From Lama guanicoe (lineage: Eukaryota), in contig MU053758.1 of NCBI GenBank assembly GCA_013239625.1, positions 2,418,001 to 2,482,000 on the forward strand: DNA of 64,000 bases. The letters run 5' to 3'. Below, piece after piece: positions 23,775-34,851 of this stretch. The position numbers and the translations under genes are program-made. Below the pieces are notes generated by a model, which was given only the letters and a program-made list of their open reading frames with translations, was not told where the DNA came from and made no database searches. The first letter of the stretch is position 1. Every line of letters begins with the position of its first letter.

Positions 23775-26700
23775 TGCCCNNNNNNNNNNNNNNNNNNNNN
23801 NNNNNNNNNNNNNNNNNNNNNNNNNNNNNNNNNNNNNNNNNNNNNNNNNNNNNNNNNNNNNNNNNNNNNNNNNNNNNNNNNNNNNNNNCCCCCCCCCCCG
23901 TCCCCCACCTCCCTGTTGCTCTGCTCCCTGGGTTTCAGCTTCAAAGGGGAAGCCAGGCTTCTGCCCTGTGTCCAGTGTTTTGTTTCATGATCAAAACAAT
24001 ATTATCTAAAAAGATGGCAGAGAGCTTGGAAAATAGAGGGAAAACATCCTCGTCGCTGTCTCTGGCCAGTCCCTCTGGCAGCCCTTGTCGGCCTGGAGAC
24101 ACGGTCCTTCGTGGCTGCAGCCACAGCTGTGCTTTTGCCTTTTAACTTGATATCAAAAGCCTTTCTCTCCTCACTGCAGGACATTTGTCAGAACCACTGT
24201 ATTTCAATGGCTGCTCACATATCCCCAAACTACTGGAGTTTTCTCCCCTGAGCCGTTAGAATCCTGTCCTACCTGTCACCCATTCCTGTCCCCCAGGCTC
24301 CTGCCCCGCTCTGCCCTCCACTCACCTCCCTGCCACCCTTGTGACCCTGCCACAGGAATATGGGGACACTGTGTACACCATCGAGGTTCCCTTTCATGGC
24401 AAGACATTCATCCTGAAGGTGAGTGAGGGAAGCGGTGTCCAGGAGCCTCCTGCTCTGTCTGGGACTCTAGGCGGGGGCCGGGGGTGGGGCGCCCTCCAGC
24501 AGGTGTCTCCTATCTGGAGGGAAGGGCTGGTGTGCCTGAGTACATCTGGCACCACCCTGCCCCAGACCTTCCTGCCCTGCCCCGCGGAGCTGGTGTACCA
24601 GGAGGTGATCCTGCAGCCCGAGAGGATGGTGCTGTGGAACAAGACGGTGACCGCCTGCCAGGTGAGCCGAGCCAGGGGGCCTGGCCTGGCCACCCCTCAG
24701 GGCAGAGGCAGAGCAACGTGGTGGATCAGGGCACAGTCAGAATCCAGCGTGATCAGTTACCCTCAGGGGACCTGGTCACCTCATTGGACTGCTCGGTGCC
24801 TCAGCTTCCCCATCTGTGGAATGGGGATAGTGGTAATAGTGCCTCCTGGAGAGGGTCGGGAAACTGGAAAGAGGGAGTGCTCAGAGAGCCTGGCCCAGTA
24901 CCCATGAATGGGAACGGCTCTTAGTTCGGGGCCTGAGCAGAAAGCAGGCTGGCCTGGAGGTTTCCTGAGGAGCTGGGACCCTTCTCTGGGGTTTTCCTGG
25001 GATGGCTGCACCTCATGTCCGCCCTGGCGCCCGCAGATCCTGCAGCGAGTAGAAGACAACACCCTCATCTCCTACGATGTGTCTTCAGGGGCTGCAGGCG
25101 GTGTGGTCTCCCCCAGGTGAGTGCCCACCAAGCGCCCTCCTCCCTCGGGCAGGCCGGCTGTCCTTGGACCTTGGTCTTGGCACCCCCTGATCTAACCCTC
25201 CCTCCCCTAGGGACTTCGTGAACGTCCGACGCATCGAGCGGCGCAGAGACCGATACCTGTCATCGGGCATCGCCACCACCCACTGTGCCAAGCCCCCAAC
25301 ACATAAATACGTCAGGTGAGCCCCGCCTTGCCTGGGGTCCTCCGAGCTGGCCCCTCCCCTGGTGGCTGTGGGGACAGAACAAGGTCAGTGTGTACAGCTG
25401 AGCATTTTGTCCTGCCAAGGCCACCTCCCTGTCCTCTGTCTCGCTGGGCTTTGCCCCTCCAGCCCCTAATCCTGCTTATCTGCTGGAGTCTGCGGAATAG
25501 CAGCTGGAGCCTCCACCAGGCTGGAGGGCAGCTCTAGGGAAGACTATGGATGGGGGTAAATAGGGACCAGCCTGGGGAAGGGGGCTGGGAGCCAGGATGT
25601 GAGCAGGAGGGTGTGCTTTCGGAGCTTCACCTTCTGGCCCTTTCACCCCCTTCTCCCTGTGCTGTGGCCTTGCCTTTTCCCAGAGCGCTCACTCGGAAGT
25701 CCCTCTCAGTGAGAAGAGGCGTCAGTTTTCCTGCTGCTTATTCCAGCAGTTTCCAGCTCCCCTGCTGTCTAATCCTACGCTGCCGGGGCCTCCTCCCAGA
25801 TACCCCACTCTTCCCCTTCGGTCCTGGGGTTCCACAGAGAGCAGTGTTCTTTGAGTGTGGGCCTAGGGGCTCTGGTCTCCCCATGACCACAGACTTGCTG
25901 GGTGATGGACAAGTTCATTTCCTTTCTGAGTACCAACTTCCTTATCTACGGAGTCAGGGGCAAATTAAATGGAGATGGGATGTGAACCATACAGCGCAGG
26001 CCTTGATGCCTCCTGAGAAGGCGCCCCCTCCTGGAGCCCAGCAGCACTGCACTGCTCCCAGAGCTGGGCGAGAGTGAGAAGTGCTCGCGCAGCCCACCCC
26101 TTCACGGCTAGAACAGACCTAGATTCCCTGGACAAAGTAGACGAGGGCTGGGAAGGTAGTAAGCTCCCTACCACTGGGGGTGTGTAAACATCAGCAGGCT
26201 GTTGTAGGAGGGTTTGAGCAGCACATGGCAGGTGGAGGTGGAGGCTGTATCCTGTGGCCTCTGGGACACCTGTCCTGGGCCCTGCCCAGTCAGGGGAGGG
26301 GTTGCTAGACTAGCAACTCCCTTATCTCTTACACCGTAGTCTAAGATGGGCCAAGAATGGGGTAGTGTGATGGGGGTCAAGGGTTCTGCCTAGTTCCAAG
26401 ATCCCCTCCATTGGTGTCTCTTTCCTCAGGGGCGAGAATGGTCCTGGGGGCTTCATCGTGCTCAAGCTGGCCAATAATCCTCGAGTCTGCACCTTCATCT
26501 GGATCCTTAATACAGATCTCAAGGTGGGGGTGCTAGGCCTGTGAGGCAGGTTTGGTGGAGTGGAAGGGACTCTGCTGTGTGACCTTGGGCACTCCCTCCC
26601 CTACTCTGTTTCCTTTCTCACTCTAAAATTGGGGGCAGGGTCCAAATGGTCTACTCACCCTGCTTGCTGGTGGGCCTGTGCCTCCCCTTTCTTACCTCTG

Positions 26701-27049
26701 ACTCCCAGGCGCCAAGGAAGGACATCTGGCCGCCAGCCTAGCCCCTCCCAGGTCTGTTTGTGTGGCTCATGCCAAGATCCGGCACGGCATGTTCTCCCTG
26801 CCAGGGGTGGGGAGAGGGCGGCCAGGCTGCATTCCAGAGCTGCACCTGGGTTCTGGCCCAGAGCACCCCTTGCTGGTGCCGGTTGTCAAAGAGGAGCCCC
26901 TGCTGAGGGCAAGCCTCCCTGGAACTGTTTCTTGCCTCCCCCAGGGCCGCCTGCCTCGGTACCTCATCCACCAGAGCCTCGCAGCCACCATGTTTGAATT
27001 TGCCTTTCACCTGCGGCAGCGCATTGGAGAGCTAGGCGCCCGGGCGTAA
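18137..27049 (+). CDS. STARD3: StAR-related lipid transfer protein 3 (MLN64), 446 aa
   Basis: Coding exons 18137-18358, 21245-21322, 21701-21778, 21902-21955, 22352-22469, 22661-22759, 22989-23044, 23420-23512, 24356-24418, 24566-24661, 25037-25116, 25211-25315, 26430-26523 and 26945-27049, total 1341 nt, all GT-AG and in phase. Contains the MENTAL domain ([14 protein letters not shown]), the FFAT-like QFYSPPE motif and the START domain (VSPRDFV, DLKGRLP). Confidence 0.98.
20260..20420. mobile_element. MER5-like hAT DNA transposon remnant
   Basis: GCATCAGAATCACCTGGGAGCTTT...CAGATGCT...TTTAACAAGTTCCCC. Confidence 0.55.
23731..23899. other. Assembly gap (109 N, 23780-23888) flanked by poly-C runs
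   Basis: Directly visible: C43 at 23731-23773, the N run, then C11. It lies in the STARD3 intron between 23512 and 24356, and no exon is missing. Confidence 0.98.
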
Positions 27050-29464
27050 GCACACCCCATCACCACCCTGCAGGCCAGGGTCCTGTTGCTACAGCCTCCA
27101 GAGCCAGAGAGGGGGCCGGTTGGGCCTCCTGCTGCCCACAGAGGACCCAGCCTCAAACAGTGGGGAGGAAGAAGCTTCCTCCACGGCAGGCAGCACCTTG
27201 GCCCCAAGGTGCCGCCCTTGACCACACGTCACTGTGCCTGGCAGCCATGGCTGTGAGCGCTTGGAGGGCTCAAGCATCTGGACTCTGCCACTGAGGCGAG
27301 TGGGGTCTGTCCTGCCAACATTTGCATGGCGTCCCTGCCTCCTGGAGGAGGAAATCCGCTGTCCCCTACCTGGCCAGGGGCAGGGTCTGGAATGGAAGCC
27401 TCAGACTTTGTTGGGGAGGACCAGGGCCCTGGGTAGGACGGAGGTCAGGGCAGCCTTGTCACCAGCATGAAGGTGCAGGAGCCCCTTCATCTGCCTGCTC
27501 TCTCATCACGGTTTTTTAGGATTATTTAAAGGGTCTGGGACCTTTTTCCACTTGTACTTGCAGGAGTGCGGGTGGCAGGTTGGGGTGCTGGGTGCTGGCA
27601 GCAAACCTGCCTCTCCCAGGTTCTTTCCAGGTTGCCTCCCTGCCAGGGCCTCCTTGGGGGACCTTTGTAATTTGAGCCAATTACAAACATGAACTCCAAA
27701 GAAGACAAAGCAGCTCCTCAAGCCTGGCCTCTTGAGGGAAGTCAAGGGCAGCACCTTGGAGCTCGGGGAGGAGCCACTGCTGCAACCAACACATCACACA
27801 CCCTCTCACCCTCCCTGAGCCGAGGAGGATGGAGTCACTGGGGACCCAGTTCCTGGAACCCCCCTTCTCACAACTTTCCTGAATGGTTCAGCTGGGCAGA
27901 TGACTGGTCAGAGAAAAGTTCCCCGCCTCCCTGCCAGGTCTCCTGTAAGGGAAGGTCAGGTCAAGGTCTCCAGCCCAGGATGGGGAGGGGGAGTAGGGAG
28001 AGCCCCGGCAGTACCCACAGCAGGCCTTGGCTGCTCCTGGTGTCCCAAGGTCAGGGCGGGGACAGGGGTGTGGAGGGGATGGGGCTGGAGGTGGGGCCTG
28101 GACTTCTGGGTCACTGACTCTGGAATCCCAGCCCCTGAGCTCCACTCACCTGCCCTCCTGTCCCACCACACTGGGGCCACCAGGATACTTGCCCTCTCTG
28201 TTTGCCTGCAGGCCTCCAGAGGAGGTAACTTGCTTAGAGCCGTGGGGTGGGGGGGTGCTGTGTTGTGGGGAGAGCCCCTCTCGGTCCTGGTTAGGCATGT
28301 GACCCTGGGCAAATCTACCTCTCTGAACCTCCATCTCCTACTTTGTAAAAGCTGTTGTAAGATTAAAAGGTATCAAGAATCAGGTGTAGTGCCTCAGTGA
28401 TCCAAGACATGCAGCAGGTGGGGCCCATGGGCCTCACCACTAGGTTCTCATCGCAGCTCCCAGCCCTGCCTCTCACCCTGGTGCCCTGTACTCTGTCCAC
28501 TTAGTGTCGCCCTCTTTCCCTGTCCCCAAGGGCCCACCACCCTGTGTGCCAGCTTCTTGCAGCACAAGTTGCTGCTCTTGGTGCTGGGCTGCCCAGGAGC
28601 CTTCCTACTGGCCCACTCTCTGGGGATGAGAGCCAGGCCCCTCCCACGTGGCACCTTGGAGCTGGCAGGACCCAGAGTTCTTCTGATAAGGCCATTGTGA
28701 CCAGAAAGTGGGGGAAATGAGGCCCAGAGAAGGACGGAAGCTGATCCATAGTCACACTGCCTATTTGTGGCTGATATGGGGCTAGAGCCAGATCTGACTG
28801 CCACTCATTGGAGCCCCAGGATTCTCATCTCACCCCACTTGAGGTGTTGGTAGAGCTGGGGGCCACCTCCCACACCTGCTCCCTCGGCCCCGACTGGCCC
28901 GACTTGGGAGACTACTTCTCTGGCCATGGGCCATGCAGAAAGAAAACATACCTGGCCAAGTTTCGTGTCCAGAATCGCAGGTATAGAATTAGCTTCCAGT
29001 ACCCCTGCTGGTGTAGTGGCAGTTGGGGACCAGGCCATCAGGTGCAGACGCCTGAGGACTTTCGGCAGCACTGTTCCTGCATTGAGGGGCACTGTCAGGG
29101 GATGTGCCCTCGAGCCCAGGCAGAGGAGAGCAGTAGGGATGGGAGTCGATGGGCCTGGTACAGAGCCCAGAGGGGGCCTTGGTTTCTGCTGTTTCCTCTG
29201 TTTACAGACAGACCGCTGTCCTCCCTGGGTGAGGAGGAGGGGGTGGGGCAGAGGGCAAGTGCCAAGGTGGCACGAGGCTGGGCATGTGCCTGGCTCCAGA
29301 TAGTGTCTGAGGAGTGACAGACACCTGGAGGTGTCACTCTGAGGACCCCTGCTTCCACCAGACTATCTTGATCTCTTCAGGAGCTGACCTCTGACCTGGG
29401 GGCAGCCAGAGTCCAGGTACCTCAAGCCCCGCCCTGGGCCCAGAGTCCCCCATCAGTGAGTCTT

Positions 29465-29545
29465 GGCTCTGTTTATAGCATCTGACGCCAGAGGGGCTGA
29501 AAATAGCCCCTGGAGGAGGGGGAGGAGGGGGCTATTTAAAGGACC
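29465..29545 (+). promoter_or_regulatory. TCAP muscle-type proximal promoter
   Basis: E-box CATCTG 29479-29484, MEF2-like CTGAAAATAG 29497-29506 and TATA-like TATTTAAA 29533-29540, about 45 nt upstream of the ATG. Confidence 0.75.
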
Positions 29546-29582
29546 TGGGAGGATCAGAGTCCAGAGAGAGTGAGCAGTGATC

Positions 29583-30335
29583 ATGGCCACTTCAGAGCTG
29601 AGCTGCCAGGTGTCCGAGGAGGACTGTGAGCACCGAGAGGCCTTCTGGGCTGAGTGGAAGGATCTGACACTGTCCACACGGCCTGAGGAGGGGTGAGTCC
29701 TGGCCTGCCAGCGTCCTTCCTCCCCTCCCCTAGAGCACCCTCCCTGAGCCTTACTAGGCCAGAGCACAAAGCCCAGGAGAAGCTGGGGGAGGGAGCAAGG
29801 AGGGGACCCACTGGGGAGAGTGAAGTCAAGTCGCCCTTCCTGCACCCCAGGTCCTGGCAGCCCCAGGAAGCCCCGTCACCCAGGCCCCGACCTGAGGGCA
29901 GCAGCTCCCAGGAGTTCAGAGTCCCCTTGCCCTCTCCTTCCCAGTTGCTCCCTGCATGAGGAGGATGCCCTGCGGCGTGAAACCTACCACCAGCAGGGGC
30001 AGTGCCAGGCGCTGGTGCAGCGTTCCCCCTGGCTCGTGATGCGGATGGGCATCCTCGGCCGCGGGCTGCAGGAGTACCAGCTGCCCTACCAGCGGGTGCT
30101 GCCGCTGCCCATTTTCACCCCCGCCAAGGTGGGTGCCAAGGAGGAGCGCGAGGAGACCCCCATCCAGCTGCAGGACCTGCTGGCGCTGGAAACAGCCCTG
30201 GGTGGCCAGTGTATGGACCGCCAGGACGTGAACGAGATCACCAAGCAGCTGCCCCCCGTGGTGCCTGTCAGCAAGCCCGGTGCCCTTCGTCGCTCCCTGT
30301 CTCGCTCCATGTCCCAGGAAGCACAGAGAGGCTGA
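29583..30335 (+). CDS. TCAP: Telethonin (titin-cap), 166 aa
   Basis: Exons 29583-29692 (MATSELSCQVSEEDCEHREAFWAEWKDLTLSTRPEEG) and 29945-30335 (CSLHEED...LRRSLSRSMSQEAQRG*), total 501 nt. Confidence 0.98.
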
Positions 30336-30784
30336 GAGGGACGGTGACTTGGGCCCCACTGTGCCTGCCCTGGGCTGGGCCCTCCCTGGCTAGGACCATG
30401 GAGGGGAGCTGCTGGCCATGGATGCTTTGTAGTTTGCCCAGAGTTGGGGGCTAGGGGAGGAGGGAGCCAGAGGCCAGGATGCCTGGGTCTCCTATGTTCC
30501 CAAAGGGAGGGGAGCAAAGATGGTGGGCAATAAGGGTGGAGAGCTGGGGGCCAGCACAGCCGAGTACCCCTAGCCCCAGGAGGAAGGACAAAAGATGCTA
30601 GTGAAGGCAAGAGGTCCTTGAGAGGAGTGACCCCAGTCCAGGCTTCAGCTGCAAAGAAGGATGAGGGGAAATGTCAGGGGATCTGGAATGGTCCAGGAAG
30701 GAGGCTTGGAGAAGACTGGAGGGAGGGGGACGTGAAGAGGGCAGAGGCTGGGTGGAGCCCCCAACACCCTCTTGTTAGTGCTGC

Positions 30785-30790
30785 AATAAA
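30785..30790 (+). terminator. TCAP polyadenylation signal
   Basis: AATAAA 450 nt after the stop, followed by a T/GT-rich tract. Confidence 0.85.
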
Positions 30791-31679
30791 TGCTCAATCA
30801 TGTGCCAGAGTTCTGTCTCTTTCCTTCTGGTTATGGGGCCCAGCCATTGGTGTCCCCCCAAGCTCACTTCTGGGAACAGGCCCTGCATCTGAGCTAAATA
30901 TGGCAGAGCTAGTGGGTCACCCCATGCTTGGGGGTGGGGGGTGTTGTAGGGACAGAGCTGTAAACAGGGTGCTGTCTGTCCAGCCCCCCTTCCTTATCCG
31001 GACGCTGCTGTGCAGTCCTGGCTTCCATGTCCAGTCCTCTGGCACTGAGCAGTGCCCAGGAGGCCAGTTGGCATCCAAGGTTTGTTTAAATGACCTCATG
31101 GAGAATATGGAGGGGGCTGGCACCAGAACTGTCCTTAGCTGTGACTCAGAGTGTGGATAGGGTCAGTGACCCCAAAGCTGACTTCTCTCTCAGTTCTGAA
31201 TCCAGACAGAATCAATCCTTGGCTGGAGTCAGGTGTTCCACCCTCCCTGCCCTGGGCGCCCAAGGAGGGTTGTTGGGAGTGGGGTGTGTGTATTGGGGGT
31301 CAGGTTCCTGCCTGTGACCCCTGCAGCTGTTGTGGTGACTCATATCCCAACCTGGCTGCCTAGCCCAACAAGAAGACACTCTTCTCTTGGGACAAGGTGG
31401 GGGGGGGTGGTGGCACAGAGGCCAGGGGCCCAACTTGGCAGGGGCTGGTAGCCTACCCAGGGCAGGGGGCTCTGGACTTGGCCAGCGGGGTCCCACTCCA
31501 GGAAGACCATGAAGATGGCCTCGCAGAATCCACTTCCCATTCGGGGCAATAAGAGGGGATACCTTGGCATCTTGACAGCCTGGTACCTGGAACGCCAAGC
31601 AGTCTGCAGGCCTGCCCTGGCCCTACTCCCCCAGAGGGGGCTGGAGTGTGGGCTGGGATTTGAGAGGGGTCAGAGACTG

Positions 31680-32616
31680 CAGACCGGCGACATGCCTAAT
31701 CCTTTGGCGCCCGAAGGCTCGGACTGCGCCCCCTGGTGTCCCCTGGCAGCCTGGAGAATGCGCCGCGCGCCCTCAAACGTCCTCACCTGGGTCCTTCGCC
31801 CCCGACGTGGCGGGAATGTCCCGAACGTTCCGTCCTCTGCAGACCCTAGATACACAACTCGGAGCCTGCAGGGCCCGCAGGAGAGGCCCGGTTTTCCGCC
31901 CGCTAAATGCATTAGCCCCGCTTGCCTCCCTATCGTTGCTGCCATCGGATGGGCGGGGCTGGAGCTCCGCTCTGGGGCCCCGGGGCGACCGTGGTTGAGG
32001 TCGGAACGGACTGTCCTTTCTGGAGTCGGGGCCGGGGAAAGGGGGGAGGGCGGGGGGAGAATGCTGGAGGACAGAGACGAAAGAGAGGCTGGGAGGCGGG
32101 GCAGAGAAGAGGATTTGGGGTGACCTTATTAAGGAATGGAGGAAGACACGGTGTCCCGCATATGAGGAGCCTGGCGGGGGTGCTGGGCCCTTGGTGGGCC
32201 ACGCTGGGAGCTGGGAACTGGGGAAAGGGCTAACTCGAATCGTCGCAAAAGAGAAGGGATGGGATGCCAGGCAAAGGGGGTGAATGGCTGCGGGAGCTGG
32301 AGAAGAGCGACCGGAGGAGCTGGGACTGGAGGACGCAGGGGTCTAAGCAGTCTAGGGGTAGGAAGCTGAGCGGCAGGGCAGGTGAGGCAAAGGGTGGAGT
32401 GCAGCCGGAGCAACCGTGGAGCAGGGGCGGGGACGGATGTTCCCCCTCTGTGTCTGCTGCTCCGACGCTAAAGGAGATGGATGAGGTGAAGGAGATGCAG
32501 CGCGCGTGGCCCCGGGCGGCTCATCACTCAGCCGCCGCCCCCGCAGCGGAGGGGTCGGGGCGGGAGTCCGGCCATAGATAAAGGCGAGCGGGGGACAGGG
32601 CTGCCGCAGCAGCAGC
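31680..32616 (+). promoter_or_regulatory. PNMT promoter / CpG-rich upstream region
   Basis: CpG-rich, with GC boxes GGGGCGGG near 32424 and 32557, TATA variant GATAAA 32577-32582 and GRE-like GGAACGgacTGTCCT 32003-32017. Confidence 0.65.
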
Positions 32617-34125
32617 ATGAGCGGGGCAGACCGGAGTCACGCTGCAGGAACGGCCCCCGACCAGGACCCCGGCCGGGCGGCGGTCGCCTCGGCCTACCAG
32701 CGCTTCGAGCCCCGCGCCTACCTCCGCAACAACTACGCGCCCCCTCGGGGCGACCTGAGCAGCCCCGACGGCGTCGGGCCTTGGAAGCTGCGCTGCTTGG
32801 CCCAGACCTTCGCCACCGGTGAGCGTGGGGAAACTGAGGACAGGAAGTCATGGGGAGCTAAAGGGGCCCCTCGAGAGCCAGATGGGGATAGGTAGTTAAG
32901 AGGTGAAAACAGAAGAGGAAGAGAAGTAATATCGATCACTGTGAGAGGCAGAGGAGGGTGGATGGAGATGGGCGGAGCACTCGAAATTGAGAGGTGAGAT
33001 GGAGAATACAGACTGCGGGGAAAGGGAAAGGGGAGAGAGAAACTGCCAGGCACCTGTGATTTCTCACTTAATCCTCGCTGGTAGGTATAGTTTTATAGAT
33101 ATGGAACCTGAGTCTCAGAGATATTAAGTTCTTTTCCCAAGATAAGCCACTCAGTGTTGGAGCCAGGACTCAGACCCTGGTTAGTCTAACTCCGGAGCTA
33201 ATGCCTTTTTCCAGATAGAGACACATTTCCAGAGAGAAGGAATGGGAGCGGTGGGGAGAAGCAGGTAAGGGAGGCAGCAACAGAGGCTGGGGTCCACGGG
33301 CCTAGCAACTGGCAAGCCCGGCACCCCTGCCCTCCGATGCACCTATTCCTCTGCCCCACGCAGGTGAGGTGTCTGGACGCACCCTCATTGACATTGGTTC
33401 AGGCCCCACCGTATACCAGCTGCTCAGTGCCTGTGCCCACTTTGAGGACATCACCATGACAGATTTCTTGGAGGTGAATCGCCAAGAGCTGGGGCTCTGG
33501 CTGCGAGAAGAGCCGGGGGCCTTCGATTGGAGCGTGTACAGCCAGCATGTATGCCTCATTGAGGGCAAGGGGTAAGGGCTAGGGGATAAAGGTGGGGCAG
33601 AAGGTCTCCCATGGAGGCAGCAGAGAACTGAGCATGGGCAGTCCAGAGCCCCAGTCCCGATCCTGCCTTCTGCTCCTCAACAGTGAATCCTATCAGGAGA
33701 AGGAGCGCCAGCTGCGAGCCAGGGTGAAGCGGATCCTGCCCATTGATGTGCACCAGCACCAGCCCCTGGGCACTGGGAGCCTGGCGCCCCTGCCTGCCGA
33801 TGCCCTGGTCTCTGCTTTCTGCCTGGAGGCTGTGAGTCCAGACCTTGCCAGCTTCCAGAAGGCCCTGGACCACATCACCACACTTCTGAGGCCTGAGGGG
33901 CACCTCCTCCTAATCGGGGCCCTGGAGGAGTCGTGGTACCTGGCTGGCGAGGCCAGGCTAGCGGTGGTGCCAGTGTGTGAGGAGGAGGTGAGGGAGGCCT
34001 TGGTGCGTAGCGGCTATGAGGTGCGTGATCTGCGCACCTACATCATGCCTGCCCACCTTCGGACGGGTGTAGATGATGTCAAGGGCATCTTCTTCGCCTG
34101 GGCCCAGAAGAAGGTGGGGCTGTGA
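32617..34125 (+). CDS. PNMT: Phenylethanolamine N-methyltransferase, 283 aa
   Basis: Exons 32617-32818, 33364-33571 and 33684-34125, total 852 nt. Contains YQRFEPRAYLRNNY, SAM motif I LIDIGSGPT, AFCLEAVS and C-terminal FFAWAQKKVGL*. Confidence 0.98.
33050..33210 (-). mobile_element. MIR remnant in PNMT intron 1
   Basis: TTTTATAGATATGGAACCTGAGTCTCAGAGA...GAGCCAGGACTCAGACCC...TCTAACTCC. Confidence 0.6.
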
Positions 34126-34192
34126 GGCCCCAGTGTATCCAGTGCTTTCAGCCCTCACCCACCCAGATTCCCTATTATCCGAGGTGGCACCT

Positions 34193-34198
34193 AATAAA
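34193..34198 (+). terminator. PNMT polyadenylation signal
   Basis: AATAAA 67 nt after the stop, followed by GT-rich sequence. Confidence 0.85.
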
Positions 34199-34845
34199 AA
34201 GGTGTAAGCTGGTTGGTGTAAGTGGAGTCTGTGGCTCTCCTGGGATGCAGCAAGGGCCCAGAGCTCCCTCCTGTGTTATGGGGGTAGGAGGGCATCAACC
34301 CTGGCCTTTTTTACCCCCAGAAGCTTCCATGAAGGCAGGCTCTATACCACTCATTCTTCCCAGACTAAGGAAGGCCAGGGTCAGAGGGAGCTCATTCAGC
34401 ATCTGCCATGTACCAACACCTGTCAGGTCCATTAGATCCTCACACAGGCAGTAGGTCCTGCCATCTTGTTTGCAGGAGAAGCTCAGGAAGGTTAAGAATG
34501 AATAAATAGTAGTTGGAGCCTAGTGGAGCCCAAGAGTGGGGGAGAGGGGGATGGTTAGGAGACACAAGTGGAACTTTTTTTTGGGGGGGGTTACATCTAG
34601 GCCAAAGGCCCAGGGAAGTGAGAGAGGAGGACACCAGCTTCCTCCCCTAGCCTCCACCAAAGGCTGGACCTGAGCTCCATTCAACTCTGCTACTGCTCTG
34701 AACATGGTCCCTACCATCCCCATTCCCACCAGCCTGGGTAGAGACCTCATCTGCCTGCTGCCTCCAGCCAGCCCCATCTCCTTCCCTCCAGCCCACTCTG
34801 CTCACACCAATGGGCCACACAAGGGTAGGTGAGGTTGAGAATTGA

Positions 34846-34851
34846 TTTATT
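34846..34851 (-). terminator. PGAP3 polyadenylation signal
   Basis: TTTATT on + (AATAAA on -), about 1.6 kb beyond the PGAP3 stop. Confidence 0.75.

Noticed and set aside
23369..24145. Poly-Pro / poly-Gly ORFs of 104-191 aa
   Set aside because: Artefacts of poly-C runs and the N gap.
29693..29944. TCAP intron-retention isoform suggested by ORF 29820-30335
   Set aside because: Reading through the donor gives GGG TGA, an immediate stop, and the ORF start in the intron is GTG.
29916..30610. Overlapping alternative-frame and antisense ORFs over TCAP exon 2
   Set aside because: Expected from the high GC codon bias of the real exon; no independent support.
32124..32134. CArG box upstream of PNMT
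   Set aside because: CCTTATTAAGG has seven A/T between CC and GG, not six.
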